A DNA stretch of 64,000 nt from Synechococcales cyanobacterium VAR_4_metabat_354 (GTDB lineage: Bacteria; Cyanobacteriota; Cyanobacteriia; Cyanobacteriales; Chamaesiphonaceae): assembly GCA_031414775.1 (NCBI GenBank), contig JANOQI010000042.1:32001-96000 (forward strand), written 5' to 3'. The translations under genes were made by a program, and so were the position numbers. The notes beneath the pieces were generated by a model. It was given only the letters and a program-made list of their open reading frames with translations, did no database searches and was not told the DNA's origin. Shown here piece after piece: positions 27,748 through 36,685 of this stretch (positions are counted from its first letter, which is position 1; every line of letters begins with the position of its first letter).

Positions 27748-29294
27748 TGTTCGATGTTCTCGGCTAGGGTCTCGGAGTTCTTTAGATTCTCGGGCTGAAT
27801 CTGCTGAATCGCTTCTTCGATTGTGAGTAACTGTTGATCGGTGCTGGCCATGTTTTTGAGTTGGACTTTTTGCACTTGTTGTTCTTCGGAACCAACAATA
27901 ATCACGAAGGGAATACCCTGTTTGTTGGCCTGTTGGAGATTGTGAGGCACCCGTTTGTGACGGATATCTAGCTCAGCGCTAATGGCGGCTTGGCGCAGTT
28001 GGGTGGTAATGGCGATCGCATAACCGGCATCATCTGGAGTCACGGGCACTACTAATACTTGAGTGAGCATCGCCTCTGGCTCTAATTTGCCTTCTTGTTC
28101 TAAAGCTAAGCGCAGCCGTTCTAAACCAAAAGAACAGCCAGTGGCTGGTGTTGGCTCACCGCCCAAATTAGCGACAAGTTCATCGTAGCGACCACCGCCG
28201 CATAGTTGGCGACCATCACCTAAAGCGCTGTGATGTACCTCAAACACCATGCCGGTGTAATATTGCAATCCTCTGCTTAAGCCTAGATCGATCGTAATCT
28301 TGTTGTTGTTGAGCTGGTGGAACTCCAACAGTCCCGAAATTTCTTGCAGGGCATTCAGGGCAGAGCTATCACAGCCATGTTTAGTCAGCAAAACGGTGGC
28401 AGCGGCAAAAACCTGTAAAGGACTGCCTTGAATTTGACCGAGTTCTTTCATGAAATCCAGTGCTTGCTGAATCTGCTTGGTTTGGTCTTGGCGTTTAAAC
28501 TTGGTTAACAGTCGATCGGCAATTTCGGCTTCACTGCGATTGCCACTCAGTTCGATATTCAGGTTGTCGAGCAACTCTAGAATGGTTTGCTTGGCTTCTT
28601 CTTCATCTTGCCCCCGAAAGAGCTGGCCGAGATTGCCAGTTGGTCGATCCGTTGCGTCATCAAACCCTGGATAGATATCCCGCAGCAGACCATGCACATG
28701 CTCCCGACCTTCCTCTGTCCGCATTTTGGCCATATTGGTCAGTAGCAACGTCCGCAGACGGCTTTCTAAGCCCAACGATTCTAAAAACTTGGCCAAGATG
28801 CCCATATGGCCAACTACCACCTGATAGTCGGTAATTCCCAACTTTTCGAGGCAATGACAAGCAGCGGCAATGACTTCGGCATCGGCCATCGCGCCCGCCG
28901 CTCCAATCAGCTCGATACCCACCTGGGTAAACTGCCGATAACGGGCATATTGGGGTCGTTCGTACCGAAAAACTGCGCCATTGTATTGCAAGCGTACTGG
29001 CAAAGACATCGATTGTTGGCTATCGACATAGGCCCGCGCCACGGAAGCGGTGATTTCTGGCCGCAAGCATAGGTGACGGTTTTGATAGACAAAATCGTAC
29101 ATCTTGGTGATGATTTCTTCGCCAGATTTGCGCAGATAGAGATCTTCATGCTCTAAGATGGGCAGCTCGATCGATCGATATCCAAAGGATTGGAAGCACT
29201 GCTGGATTTTGGTGGCGATCTGTTGCTGATGAACGCTTTCGATCGGCGATACATCGTTAGTGCCACGCACTCGTTCTACTTTGCTAGGTTGCAT
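27744..29294 (-). CDS. HisRS/HisZ-family protein with enlarged insertion domain and retained anticodon-binding domain
   Basis: LRPEITASVAR, FRYERPQ..RYRQFTQVG.E, SRGLQYYTG, CGGGRYD, SFGLERL; insertion containing GNRSEAEIADRLLTK; C-terminal HGTP-type anticodon domain. Confidence 0.88.
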   Translation of the reverse strand: MQPSKVERVRGTNDVSPIESVHQQQIATKIQQCFQSFGYRSIELPILEHEDLYLRKSGEEIITKMYDFVYQNRHLCLRPEITASVARAYVDSQQSMSLPVRLQYNGAVFRYERPQYARYRQFTQVGIELIGAAGAMADAEVIAAACHCLEKLGITDYQVVVGHMGILAKFLESLGLESRLRTLLLTNMAKMRTEEGREHVHGLLRDIYPGFDDATDRPTGNLGQLFRGQDEEEAKQTILELLDNLNIELSGNRSEAEIADRLLTKFKRQDQTKQIQQALDFMKELGQIQGSPLQVFAAATVLLTKHGCDSSALNALQEISGLLEFHQLNNNKITIDLGLSRGLQYYTGMVFEVHHSALGDGRQLCGGGRYDELVANLGGEPTPATGCSFGLERLRLALEQEGKLEPEAMLTQVLVVPVTPDDAGYAIAITTQLRQAAISAELDIRHKRVPHNLQQANKQGIPFVIIVGSEEQQVQKVQLKNMASTDQQLLTIEEAIQQIQPENLKNSETLAENIEQ

Positions 29295-29431
29295 TGCTGC
29301 CTTGGGTCAACTGCTGTCGGAATTTCTCTCCAGTCTAGGATACCTTGCAGCGCGATCTATTTCAGACCGACCATCGGAACTCTTTGTATAATTAAGGTAT
29401 GCAGCTAAATTTACAAATTGAGGTGAACAAG

Positions 29432-29584
29432 ATGCGCCCGATGATTTGGCATCCAGAAGCAAAAGACCAGCGAGTCAATCAATCTCTAGACAAGATCAAC
29501 CGCGCTCCGTACTTTGCATTGACACTCGGTATCTTAGGTGCCTTTTGTCTGTTTACGACAGCAGTGCTGTTAGGGATTTTTTGA
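29432..29584 (+). CDS. 50-aa single-TM small protein
   Basis: TATAAT at 29387-29392 and GAGGTG before ATG 29432 favour this start over 29399; hydrophobic C-terminus. Confidence 0.55.
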   Translation: MRPMIWHPEAKDQRVNQSLDKINRAPYFALTLGILGAFCLFTTAVLLGIF

Positions 29585-29611
29585 TTGAGTTGAAATATCA
29601 CTACATTTACT

Positions 29612-30535
29612 ATGGAAATTACCAGCCATGCCACCACAGCTGAACTCTTGAACGAATCACTCACCGTCGCAGACTTTGCTGGGCAGATAATTGAAAAATT
29701 TGTCCACAAAGTCGGGCATCACAAAGCACTGGTTTTACAGGATACTGAACCAGAGCCACTGCACAAGATGCGGGTGGGGTTGCGGCGATTACGCACCGTT
29801 GTACAAGTCTTAGAACCCCTGATTATTTTGCCTGATACTTTTACGAGTAAGGCAATTGGTCGGTTAGCAAATGTGCTGGGAGCAGTCCGGGATTTGGACG
29901 TGATGGGAGAGTTTTTGCGGGAAATAGAGCAAGGACTTCCTGATCGAGAGCAGCACATTTTAAATAAGGTCGCTAATTCCTTGACTCGTCGCCGCCACCA
30001 ATCATTTGATCGCCTGGAGAGGCATTTGGCCAAGGACTATCGGGTGTTGGTGATGGCTGGCCAAAAGTGGGTCTGTCAACCTCAATATCGTTATCCAGCT
30101 GTCGCTACCCAACCAATGGCTGATGTTTTACCGGACTTGCTGCTGCCGATCATTAGCAGTTTTTTCTTACATGGCGGCTGGTGGATCACGGCCACAGATT
30201 TTAGTGATAATCAAGCTATCCTCCACGACTTACGTAAATGTACTAAACGGGTTCGCTATCAAATTGAGTGCTTTTCACCATGTTTGAATGCTGAATTCAC
30301 TCAGCTTTTGTTGCCGCTAGAGGCTAGTCAGGAGTGTTTGGGTCAAATGCAGGATGTGGCGGTTTTGAGTGATTTTATCCGGCAAGAAGTTGGTGAAAAT
30401 CTTGCTAAGAAGCTACCAGTTTTGTTCGATCGACTACACCAAAAAACTGAGCAAGCATGGCAAGATTGGCAACCAATTAGGGTTCAGTTGTGCGATCGAG
30501 ACTGGCGACAATCTTTACGTAAGGCTGTTCTCTAA
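29612..30535 (+). CDS. CHAD-domain (polyphosphate-binding) protein
   Basis: LHKMRVGLRRLR, LGAVRDLDV, LHDLRK..KRVRY..E, QECLGQMQD. Confidence 0.92.
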   Translation: MEITSHATTAELLNESLTVADFAGQIIEKFVHKVGHHKALVLQDTEPEPLHKMRVGLRRLRTVVQVLEPLIILPDTFTSKAIGRLANVLGAVRDLDVMGEFLREIEQGLPDREQHILNKVANSLTRRRHQSFDRLERHLAKDYRVLVMAGQKWVCQPQYRYPAVATQPMADVLPDLLLPIISSFFLHGGWWITATDFSDNQAILHDLRKCTKRVRYQIECFSPCLNAEFTQLLLPLEASQECLGQMQDVAVLSDFIRQEVGENLAKKLPVLFDRLHQKTEQAWQDWQPIRVQLCDRDWRQSLRKAVL

Positions 30536-32104
30536 GTCGCCTGAATTTACATGTTGTCGTAAGATTTCTAGATTCCGACGAGTTATCTGAGCGCTGGGGT
30601 GATTGATGCCCAAGATGCATTCCGAGATGGCGATTGATCGAACATATAAAGGCTCCGCTTCTGTATATCTACCCATAGATTTATACAACAATGCCAAATT
30701 ATTCAGGCTTTGGGCAGTAGATGGATGGTTCTCACCTAATTGTTTTTCATTGATATCCAATGCTCGAACGTATAAAGGCTCTGCTTCTTGGTATCTTCCT
30801 ATATCTTTATACAATCCTGCTAAATTATTCAGGCTAATAGCAGTAGATGGATGGTTTGCACCTAGTTGTTCTTCACTGATAGCCAGTGCTCGAACGTATA
30901 AAGGCTCTGCTTCTTGGTACCTTCCTACCGATTCATACAAGAATGCTAAATTATTCAGGCTTTGGGCGGTATCTGGATGGTTCGCACCTAGTTGTTCCTC
31001 TCTGATAGCCAGCGCTCGAAGATATAAAGGCTCTGCTTCCTGGTACCTCCCTATATCTTTATACAATCCTGCCAGATTATTCAGACTGGTGGAAGTATTG
31101 GGATGGTTTGTACTTAGTTCTTCTTCAGTTATAGCAAGTGCTTCAACATACAAAAGCTCTGCTTCTTGGTACCTTCCTATATCTTTATACAATCCTGCTA
31201 AATTATTCATGCTTGCAGCAATATCTGAATGATTTGAACCCAACTGTTTTTTAGCTATAGCCAGTGCTCGAACATATAAAGGCTCTGCTTCTGCATATCT
31301 ACCTTGCTCTTGGTAAAGCCTTGCAATTCGAGTCAAAGCTATAACTAAATGTCGAGAAATTGGAATTTGTAGTTGTCCCAGAATTCCCTCAAATTGCAAC
31401 GATAAATCGCGCAAATCTTTTTGCGCTCCCACCTCCGCCAGTGCCTCCAAAGCTGGCAATAGAAAAGTTTCTAGTAACTCATTATCATCAACTCCCGCTT
31501 CTTTGGCGATCTGCAAACGCTGTAATAAATTCTGAGCACGGCGACGGGCATCATCAATATTGGCATAGCTCCCCCCAGCACTCATTACTTCAGTTAACGG
31601 CTGCATTCCATGATCGATCGGCTGATGCTCGGTCAACTGCAACTTAGCAATAAACCAACTAGTAATATCCGGCATCGCAAATAACGACGTATGGGCAAAA
31701 ACCGGAGTCATCCACCAAATTTGGCAGAGAGAATTAGCCACCAACTTATCGCGATTAAAATTCAAAACCCTCATCGCGTCTGGCAAAGGGATTTTATTAC
31801 TAAAAGCATTAGCAAAACCCGTGACTGACAACACTCCCGCTGGTAAACTTTGGGTTTGCGCCAATATCGCCTTCACTACTTCCACTGGTTCCTGTTGAGC
31901 AGGCAGCGCCAATTCATGAAAAGGAATAGATCGATCGCTCAAAGTAACTCTCATCTCTTCAATCACCTGCTGTCGAGAAAACTCTGAAGCATACTCTGCC
32001 CTAATCAAAGAACCAATCGGACGACTAGCCCACAAAAGCAATCGATCGCGCGTATTGGCGATACTACCAATTTGATTATTACTATTCGGTTCCACCTGGC
32101 ACAC
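30515..32104 (-). CDS. TPR protein (42-aa kinesin-light-chain-type repeats) with degenerate NTPase-like N-terminus
   Basis: About six SLNNLA.LY...GRY.EAEPLY.RAL.I.E.QLG..HP repeats; N-terminal LNFNRD..WW..PDITSW. Confidence 0.9.
   Translation of the reverse strand: MCQVEPNSNNQIGSIANTRDRLLLWASRPIGSLIRAEYASEFSRQQVIEEMRVTLSDRSIPFHELALPAQQEPVEVVKAILAQTQSLPAGVLSVTGFANAFSNKIPLPDAMRVLNFNRDKLVANSLCQIWWMTPVFAHTSLFAMPDITSWFIAKLQLTEHQPIDHGMQPLTEVMSAGGSYANIDDARRRAQNLLQRLQIAKEAGVDDNELLETFLLPALEALAEVGAQKDLRDLSLQFEGILGQLQIPISRHLVIALTRIARLYQEQGRYAEAEPLYVRALAIAKKQLGSNHSDIAASMNNLAGLYKDIGRYQEAELLYVEALAITEEELSTNHPNTSTSLNNLAGLYKDIGRYQEAEPLYLRALAIREEQLGANHPDTAQSLNNLAFLYESVGRYQEAEPLYVRALAISEEQLGANHPSTAISLNNLAGLYKDIGRYQEAEPLYVRALDINEKQLGENHPSTAQSLNNLALLYKSMGRYTEAEPLYVRSIAISECILGINHPSAQITRRNLEILRQHVNSGDLENSLT
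30600..31320. repeat. 126-bp tandem coding repeats (TPR units)
   Basis: tataaaggctctgcttc recurs at 30771, 30897 and 31023, with further diverged copies in register. Confidence 0.9.
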
Positions 32105-33497
32105 CCCCTGTTTCTGATCTAGGAATTTCCTTTTGCTTGACCAAAATATCTACCACTAGCGGATGTACCCCAAACCATTTTTGACCATTGAACTCTTGTA
32201 CGGCCTTAGCTTCTAGTAAGGAATACATGACGGCATCGGTCATTTGGGCTTTTTCATTACCATTGTAAATAGTTAGTAATTTTTTAGCTTTATCTTCATA
32301 GGTTACTGTCTCGGCATCATAGGGACTTTGGCCTAATCTGCGTTGATAATTACTGCGCAAATTAATAATCGCAGCTGCTGCATCACTAGCACCAATGGTG
32401 CTCACTCCCCGTAAATCAGCAGTATCGGCTGCATCATTCACTAATGAAAACAAGTCGCGTAAATTACCACCAGAGGCAATAATCAAACACTTCATTTGGT
32501 CTTGATCAAATAAGTCTAGTGACATCCGGGCTGCCAATACATCTACTAATGCTGCACGGCCTGTTGGATTGATGGTGTGGTCTTGATTAAATACAGGCGT
32601 ATCTGGTAAAACAAAGCTGTGATCGGTAGTGAAAGGCAACGCAGTAGCTTTACTTGAATAAAATAGATTCAGTGGCAATGTGAAAATCATGTGACTACGC
32701 AGTTCACGGAAAATATTGGCATAGTTAATAAATAAATCTTCGATTAAATGTCTGGGAATCCCTGGTTTATCAAAATCTTCACCAATAAAGAGCCATTCGT
32801 GGCCAGTGGTCTCGCGCAGGATCTGATTACAGTCATCCAGTAAACGATTGGCAATTTTTATTAAGGATGGCAATCGATTCAGTTGATACTCGATTATTTC
32901 CTTTTTACGATTTCCGGCAAACTTAATATTGCCTTTTAATTGCACAAATAGACCCAAAACTTTCCCTAACACAGATCCTTCTTTAACTCCGGCTCCACCT
33001 TCAATTGTTAAGGCGGTAGCAATTTCTTGCTCATAAATATTTTTTTCGGTATTAAACCAATCCCATATTTCTTGTAACCTTGCTTCGGATGGAGTTTTGC
33101 CAGTGCCGCCCTCTTGAACTGACAGGCTCATTCTTTCCGTAATATCGATCATCATGGTTAGCACTAAGTCCAAGGATCTAAAATTGCCTGAATCTAGATT
33201 ATCGATTGCGCTAAACCGAATGACTCGAAACTTGCTAGCCATTTGGACACTCAGCCGACTCAGCTCTGTAGACTTGCCAACACCCTGGTGCCCCATGAAA
33301 AAAGCTTTGAAATAGGTGATGCCGTGAGCCTGATTCAAACCCTTGGCTAAACGCTGCACTTTGTCTCCACCCCGGACAGCATTCATCTCTTGCCGATAAA
33401 AAGCTGCCAGTTCCGCCTCGGTGGTTAAAGGATCGGATCTGAGGGTAAGGTAAACTTCTGAAATGGATTGTGCTGGAGTGGTGCGTGGCGTGTTCAT
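32082..33497 (-). CDS. P-loop AAA/STAND-like ATPase
   Basis: Walker A GHQGVGKSTEL, Walker B LFIGEDFDK, ASGGNLRDL, C-terminal WFGVHPLV. ATG 33497 preferred over 33548. Confidence 0.88.
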   Translation of the reverse strand: MNTPRTTPAQSISEVYLTLRSDPLTTEAELAAFYRQEMNAVRGGDKVQRLAKGLNQAHGITYFKAFFMGHQGVGKSTELSRLSVQMASKFRVIRFSAIDNLDSGNFRSLDLVLTMMIDITERMSLSVQEGGTGKTPSEARLQEIWDWFNTEKNIYEQEIATALTIEGGAGVKEGSVLGKVLGLFVQLKGNIKFAGNRKKEIIEYQLNRLPSLIKIANRLLDDCNQILRETTGHEWLFIGEDFDKPGIPRHLIEDLFINYANIFRELRSHMIFTLPLNLFYSSKATALPFTTDHSFVLPDTPVFNQDHTINPTGRAALVDVLAARMSLDLFDQDQMKCLIIASGGNLRDLFSLVNDAADTADLRGVSTIGASDAAAAIINLRSNYQRRLGQSPYDAETVTYEDKAKKLLTIYNGNEKAQMTDAVMYSLLEAKAVQEFNGQKWFGVHPLVVDILVKQKEIPRSETGGVPGGTE

Positions 33498-33622
33498 AGG
33501 CTTGCTCTGCCGGATCTGAGAACATTTTAGCCTAATCTTATTGGGCAATCTGGATTAGTCTTCGATCGAACCATCCAACTGCTTCCAACTACTTTAATTA
33601 AAAATTCATCTGCGGCGCAAAT

Positions 33623-34003
33623 ATGATCACTTTTAATCTCAAGTACTTCTCCATTGCTATCTTGCTTTTTCTCGTAGAAGTCTTTATCGGGGTCTTCGTC
33701 AAAGATGGCTTTATCCGGCCTTTTGTTGGTGATGTCTTAGTCGTTATTTTGATTTATTGCTTAATCAAATCCTTTTGGAAAGTCCCAGCGGCTAAAACAG
33801 CCCTAGCCGTGTTTGGTTTTGCTTGTTTCGTGGAAGGATTACAGTACCTGAAAATTGCCGATCGATTAGGGTTGCGCAGAGATGAGTTATTGGCGATCAT
33901 TATTGGCACAAGTTTTGCCTGGGAAGATATTCTGGCTTATGCCGTCGGCTGTGCGATTGCTCTTTGGGGAGATACTAAATTCAGTAGAGGAAAGCTGCTC
34001 TAA
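33623..34003 (+). CDS. DUF2809-family membrane protein
   Basis: FIRPFVGDVLVVILIYC..VEGLQY..IIGTSFAWEDILAY..G. Confidence 0.85.
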   Translation: MITFNLKYFSIAILLFLVEVFIGVFVKDGFIRPFVGDVLVVILIYCLIKSFWKVPAAKTALAVFGFACFVEGLQYLKIADRLGLRRDELLAIIIGTSFAWEDILAYAVGCAIALWGDTKFSRGKLL

Positions 34004-34045
34004 CTTTCTGCTAGCTTCCCTCTTGGGGGTCGTTATTACTCAGTT

Positions 34046-35239
34046 CTAAGCTGATTCAGAGCGTTCATCGTCAAAGTTAAACATTTGAATCATCGCTCGG
34101 GCTTCGAGGGGTGACATATTGCTGATCGTAGATACCGGCTGGCGGGTGTCGGTAATTAGCCAATCGAGAGCTGCTGCTTGGAGATCGATCGTCTCACCAT
34201 TTTTATCAACACAGTAACGACCAAAAACCAGTCGATCAGTTAAGCAAACTTCTTCACCAATCCGTGAATATTCAAAGACGACACTATTGTCAATCCGAGC
34301 ACCAGCACAAATATGGCAGTTGCGACCAATCATTGCCGGACCAATGATGGTAGCCCCATCTTCAATTTTAGTCATAGCTCCAATATAGACTGGACCTTGA
34401 ATATTAATTTTGTCCCAGTTCGCGGACACGTTGATACCAGTGTAAATACCTGGCCGCACTTGATTACCAGGAATTGGGACATTTTTTACTTCGCCTAATA
34501 AAACACTGCGGATGGCTTGCCAATAGTCTGGTACTTTGCCAATGTCCACCCACTGGAAGTCCATGGAAATACCGTAGAAAGGGGCACCCATTTCTACTAG
34601 TTTGGGGAAAAGCTGACTGCCAATATCATATTCTTCGTTGGCTGGAATGTAATTGAAAATTTCGGGTTCAAAGATATAAATCCCGGTGTTGATATCGGTA
34701 CTGAGGGCCTCCTCGATCGCAGGCTTTTCCTGAAAAGCTTTAATGCGTCCATCTTCGTCAGTGACGACTACGCCGTAGCTGGGAACTTCCGCCCTGGGAA
34801 TTGACTTCATTACTACTGTGGCCAATGAGCCTTTCTCTCGGTGCCATTTGACCGCAGCCGTCAAGTCTAAGTCAATCAGAGCATCTCCGCAGAGCACGAC
34901 AAAGGTATCGTCAAAAAATGGCGCAAATTCTTGAATGCGCTTCATGCCACCCGCTGAACCCATGGCCTTGCCGACTAAATCCCCTTGCTCGCTAATCGAA
35001 CCTTCAAAGGAGTAACCAATTTCTACGCCAAATCTCTGACCATCATGGAAATAGCTCTCAATTTCTTGAGCCAAATGGCTGACATTAACCATGATCTCAT
35101 TGAATCCATGCTCTCGTAGCAAATCAACGAGAAACTCCATCACTGGCTTTTGCAGAATTGGGATGAGGGGCTTAGGGATCGTGTAAGTAATTGGTTGAAC
35201 GCGAGTGCCCTTACCCGCAGCCAAAATCATAGCTTTCAT
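34046..35239 (-). CDS. cugP: NDP-sugar pyrophosphorylase (cyanobacterial UDP-glucose pyrophosphorylase CugP type)
   Basis: MKAMILAAGKGTRVQPIT..IPKP..PILQKPVMEFL; GYSFEG; C-terminal left-handed beta-helix; LDWLITD.R. Confidence 0.88.
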   Translation of the reverse strand: MKAMILAAGKGTRVQPITYTIPKPLIPILQKPVMEFLVDLLREHGFNEIMVNVSHLAQEIESYFHDGQRFGVEIGYSFEGSISEQGDLVGKAMGSAGGMKRIQEFAPFFDDTFVVLCGDALIDLDLTAAVKWHREKGSLATVVMKSIPRAEVPSYGVVVTDEDGRIKAFQEKPAIEEALSTDINTGIYIFEPEIFNYIPANEEYDIGSQLFPKLVEMGAPFYGISMDFQWVDIGKVPDYWQAIRSVLLGEVKNVPIPGNQVRPGIYTGINVSANWDKINIQGPVYIGAMTKIEDGATIIGPAMIGRNCHICAGARIDNSVVFEYSRIGEEVCLTDRLVFGRYCVDKNGETIDLQAAALDWLITDTRQPVSTISNMSPLEARAMIQMFNFDDERSESA

Positions 35240-35756
35240 AGAAGTAGGTTGCTTAGTTTTCCCGATGGGTCTACTGTAACCTATTATTACTTATTCACAA
35301 AGTTATATATATTCAGTTTAAAAGATTGTGATACTTAAATACCAAATGATTTTAGTAGCTTGATTACACTTCGTTACACCAAAATGATATTGACTACGTA
35401 AGTTCTGGTAGTAGAGCATTTTTCGGATTTATCTTGTCTTTTCAATGATGTGGTGGAGGATGCATAAAAGTTTGATGTCCAATCAAAAAACTAAGGTATT
35501 CAAATACTTTGATTTAGAAAAATTAGTTGTAATTATTATTTCTATCTTGAGATTGTTGATTGAATCTTGATTCTATGAACTTAATTAGTTACATGATACT
35601 TTTAGTGAATTCTATAAATGCAGCTAACTGTATTACATTTTCTGTTGCTGAATTGTCGAAATTGAATTAGATTAGGCTCCTGCGAACCCGGTGAAGAGTG
35701 GCAAAGCTAAGGTAATCGAGCATAATGAACTATGACTGTCCAAAAAATTTTGACCA

Positions 35757-36611
35757 ATGAGTGCGGAAGCTGAAAAAAACGTTGAAACTATTGAAGATCA
35801 AAGCATCGAGCTTTGGCAGCCAGCGGTGGTCGCCGATCCGATCGATGACTTAACTGACCCCATCTATTCCGATGAAGTTGTGGAGCTAGTTGATCCCGAG
35901 GAAGAGCTACCCAGCGAAGTGGAGATGACCTTCTTTGACCATCTAGAGGAGCTGCGTACCCGCATTTTCTATATTTTGATGGCGGTGGTGGTTGGTGCGG
36001 CTGGATGCTTCACTGTGGTTAAACAGTTGGTGAGTCTGTTGGAAGTTCCGGCTCATGGGGTGAAATTCTTGCAGTTGACTCCGGGCGAATACTTCTTTGT
36101 TTCGATTAAGGTGGCTGGTTATGGTGGCATTTTAGCTGCTACTCCAGTGATTATTTATCAGATAATTCAATTTGTGTTGCCCGGTCTAACCCGTCGGGAG
36201 CGGCGACTGGTTTTGCCGGTGGTTTTAGGTTCGAGTGTGCTGTTTGTGGGTGGGTTGTTTTTTGCTTACTATTTGCTAATCCCGGCAGCTCTGAATTTTT
36301 TGGTTAGTTATGGCGCTGACGTGGTGGAGCAGTTGTGGTCGATCGAACGCTATTTTGAATTTATTCTGGTGTTATTGCTGGCCACCGGATTATTGTTTCA
36401 ATTACCAGTAGTGCAAATTTTGTTGGCTCTGTTGGGCATTGTCACCTCGGCTCAAATGCTCAAAAGTTGGCGGGCGGTGGTGATGGCCGCCCTGATTGTG
36501 GGAGCGGTCGTTACCCCTTCTACCGACCCGATCACCCAAAGCTTGTTAGCTGGCGCTGTCCTGGGTTTGTATTTTGGCGGCGTGGGCTGCGTCAAAATAT
36601 TGGGTAAATAG
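35757..36611 (+). CDS. tatC: Twin-arginine translocase subunit TatC
   Basis: EM..FDHLEELR.RI, PGEYFFV, QF.LPGL...ERR, TPSTDP.TQ. Confidence 0.96.
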   Translation: MSAEAEKNVETIEDQSIELWQPAVVADPIDDLTDPIYSDEVVELVDPEEELPSEVEMTFFDHLEELRTRIFYILMAVVVGAAGCFTVVKQLVSLLEVPAHGVKFLQLTPGEYFFVSIKVAGYGGILAATPVIIYQIIQFVLPGLTRRERRLVLPVVLGSSVLFVGGLFFAYYLLIPAALNFLVSYGADVVEQLWSIERYFEFILVLLLATGLLFQLPVVQILLALLGIVTSAQMLKSWRAVVMAALIVGAVVTPSTDPITQSLLAGAVLGLYFGGVGCVKILGK

Positions 36612-36685
36612 ACATAATTGTTTCTTGGCTAGCTAAAACTGGGTATTAATAAAGCAACTGTCATCTTCCGGCTAATCTTTTAATA

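Noticed and set aside
30603..31232. 209-aa repetitive ORF on the + strand
   Set aside because: Antisense shadow of the TPR repeats.
30600..31320. Regular repeats as a possible CRISPR array
   Set aside because: 126-bp in-frame coding units without unique spacers; no cas genes.
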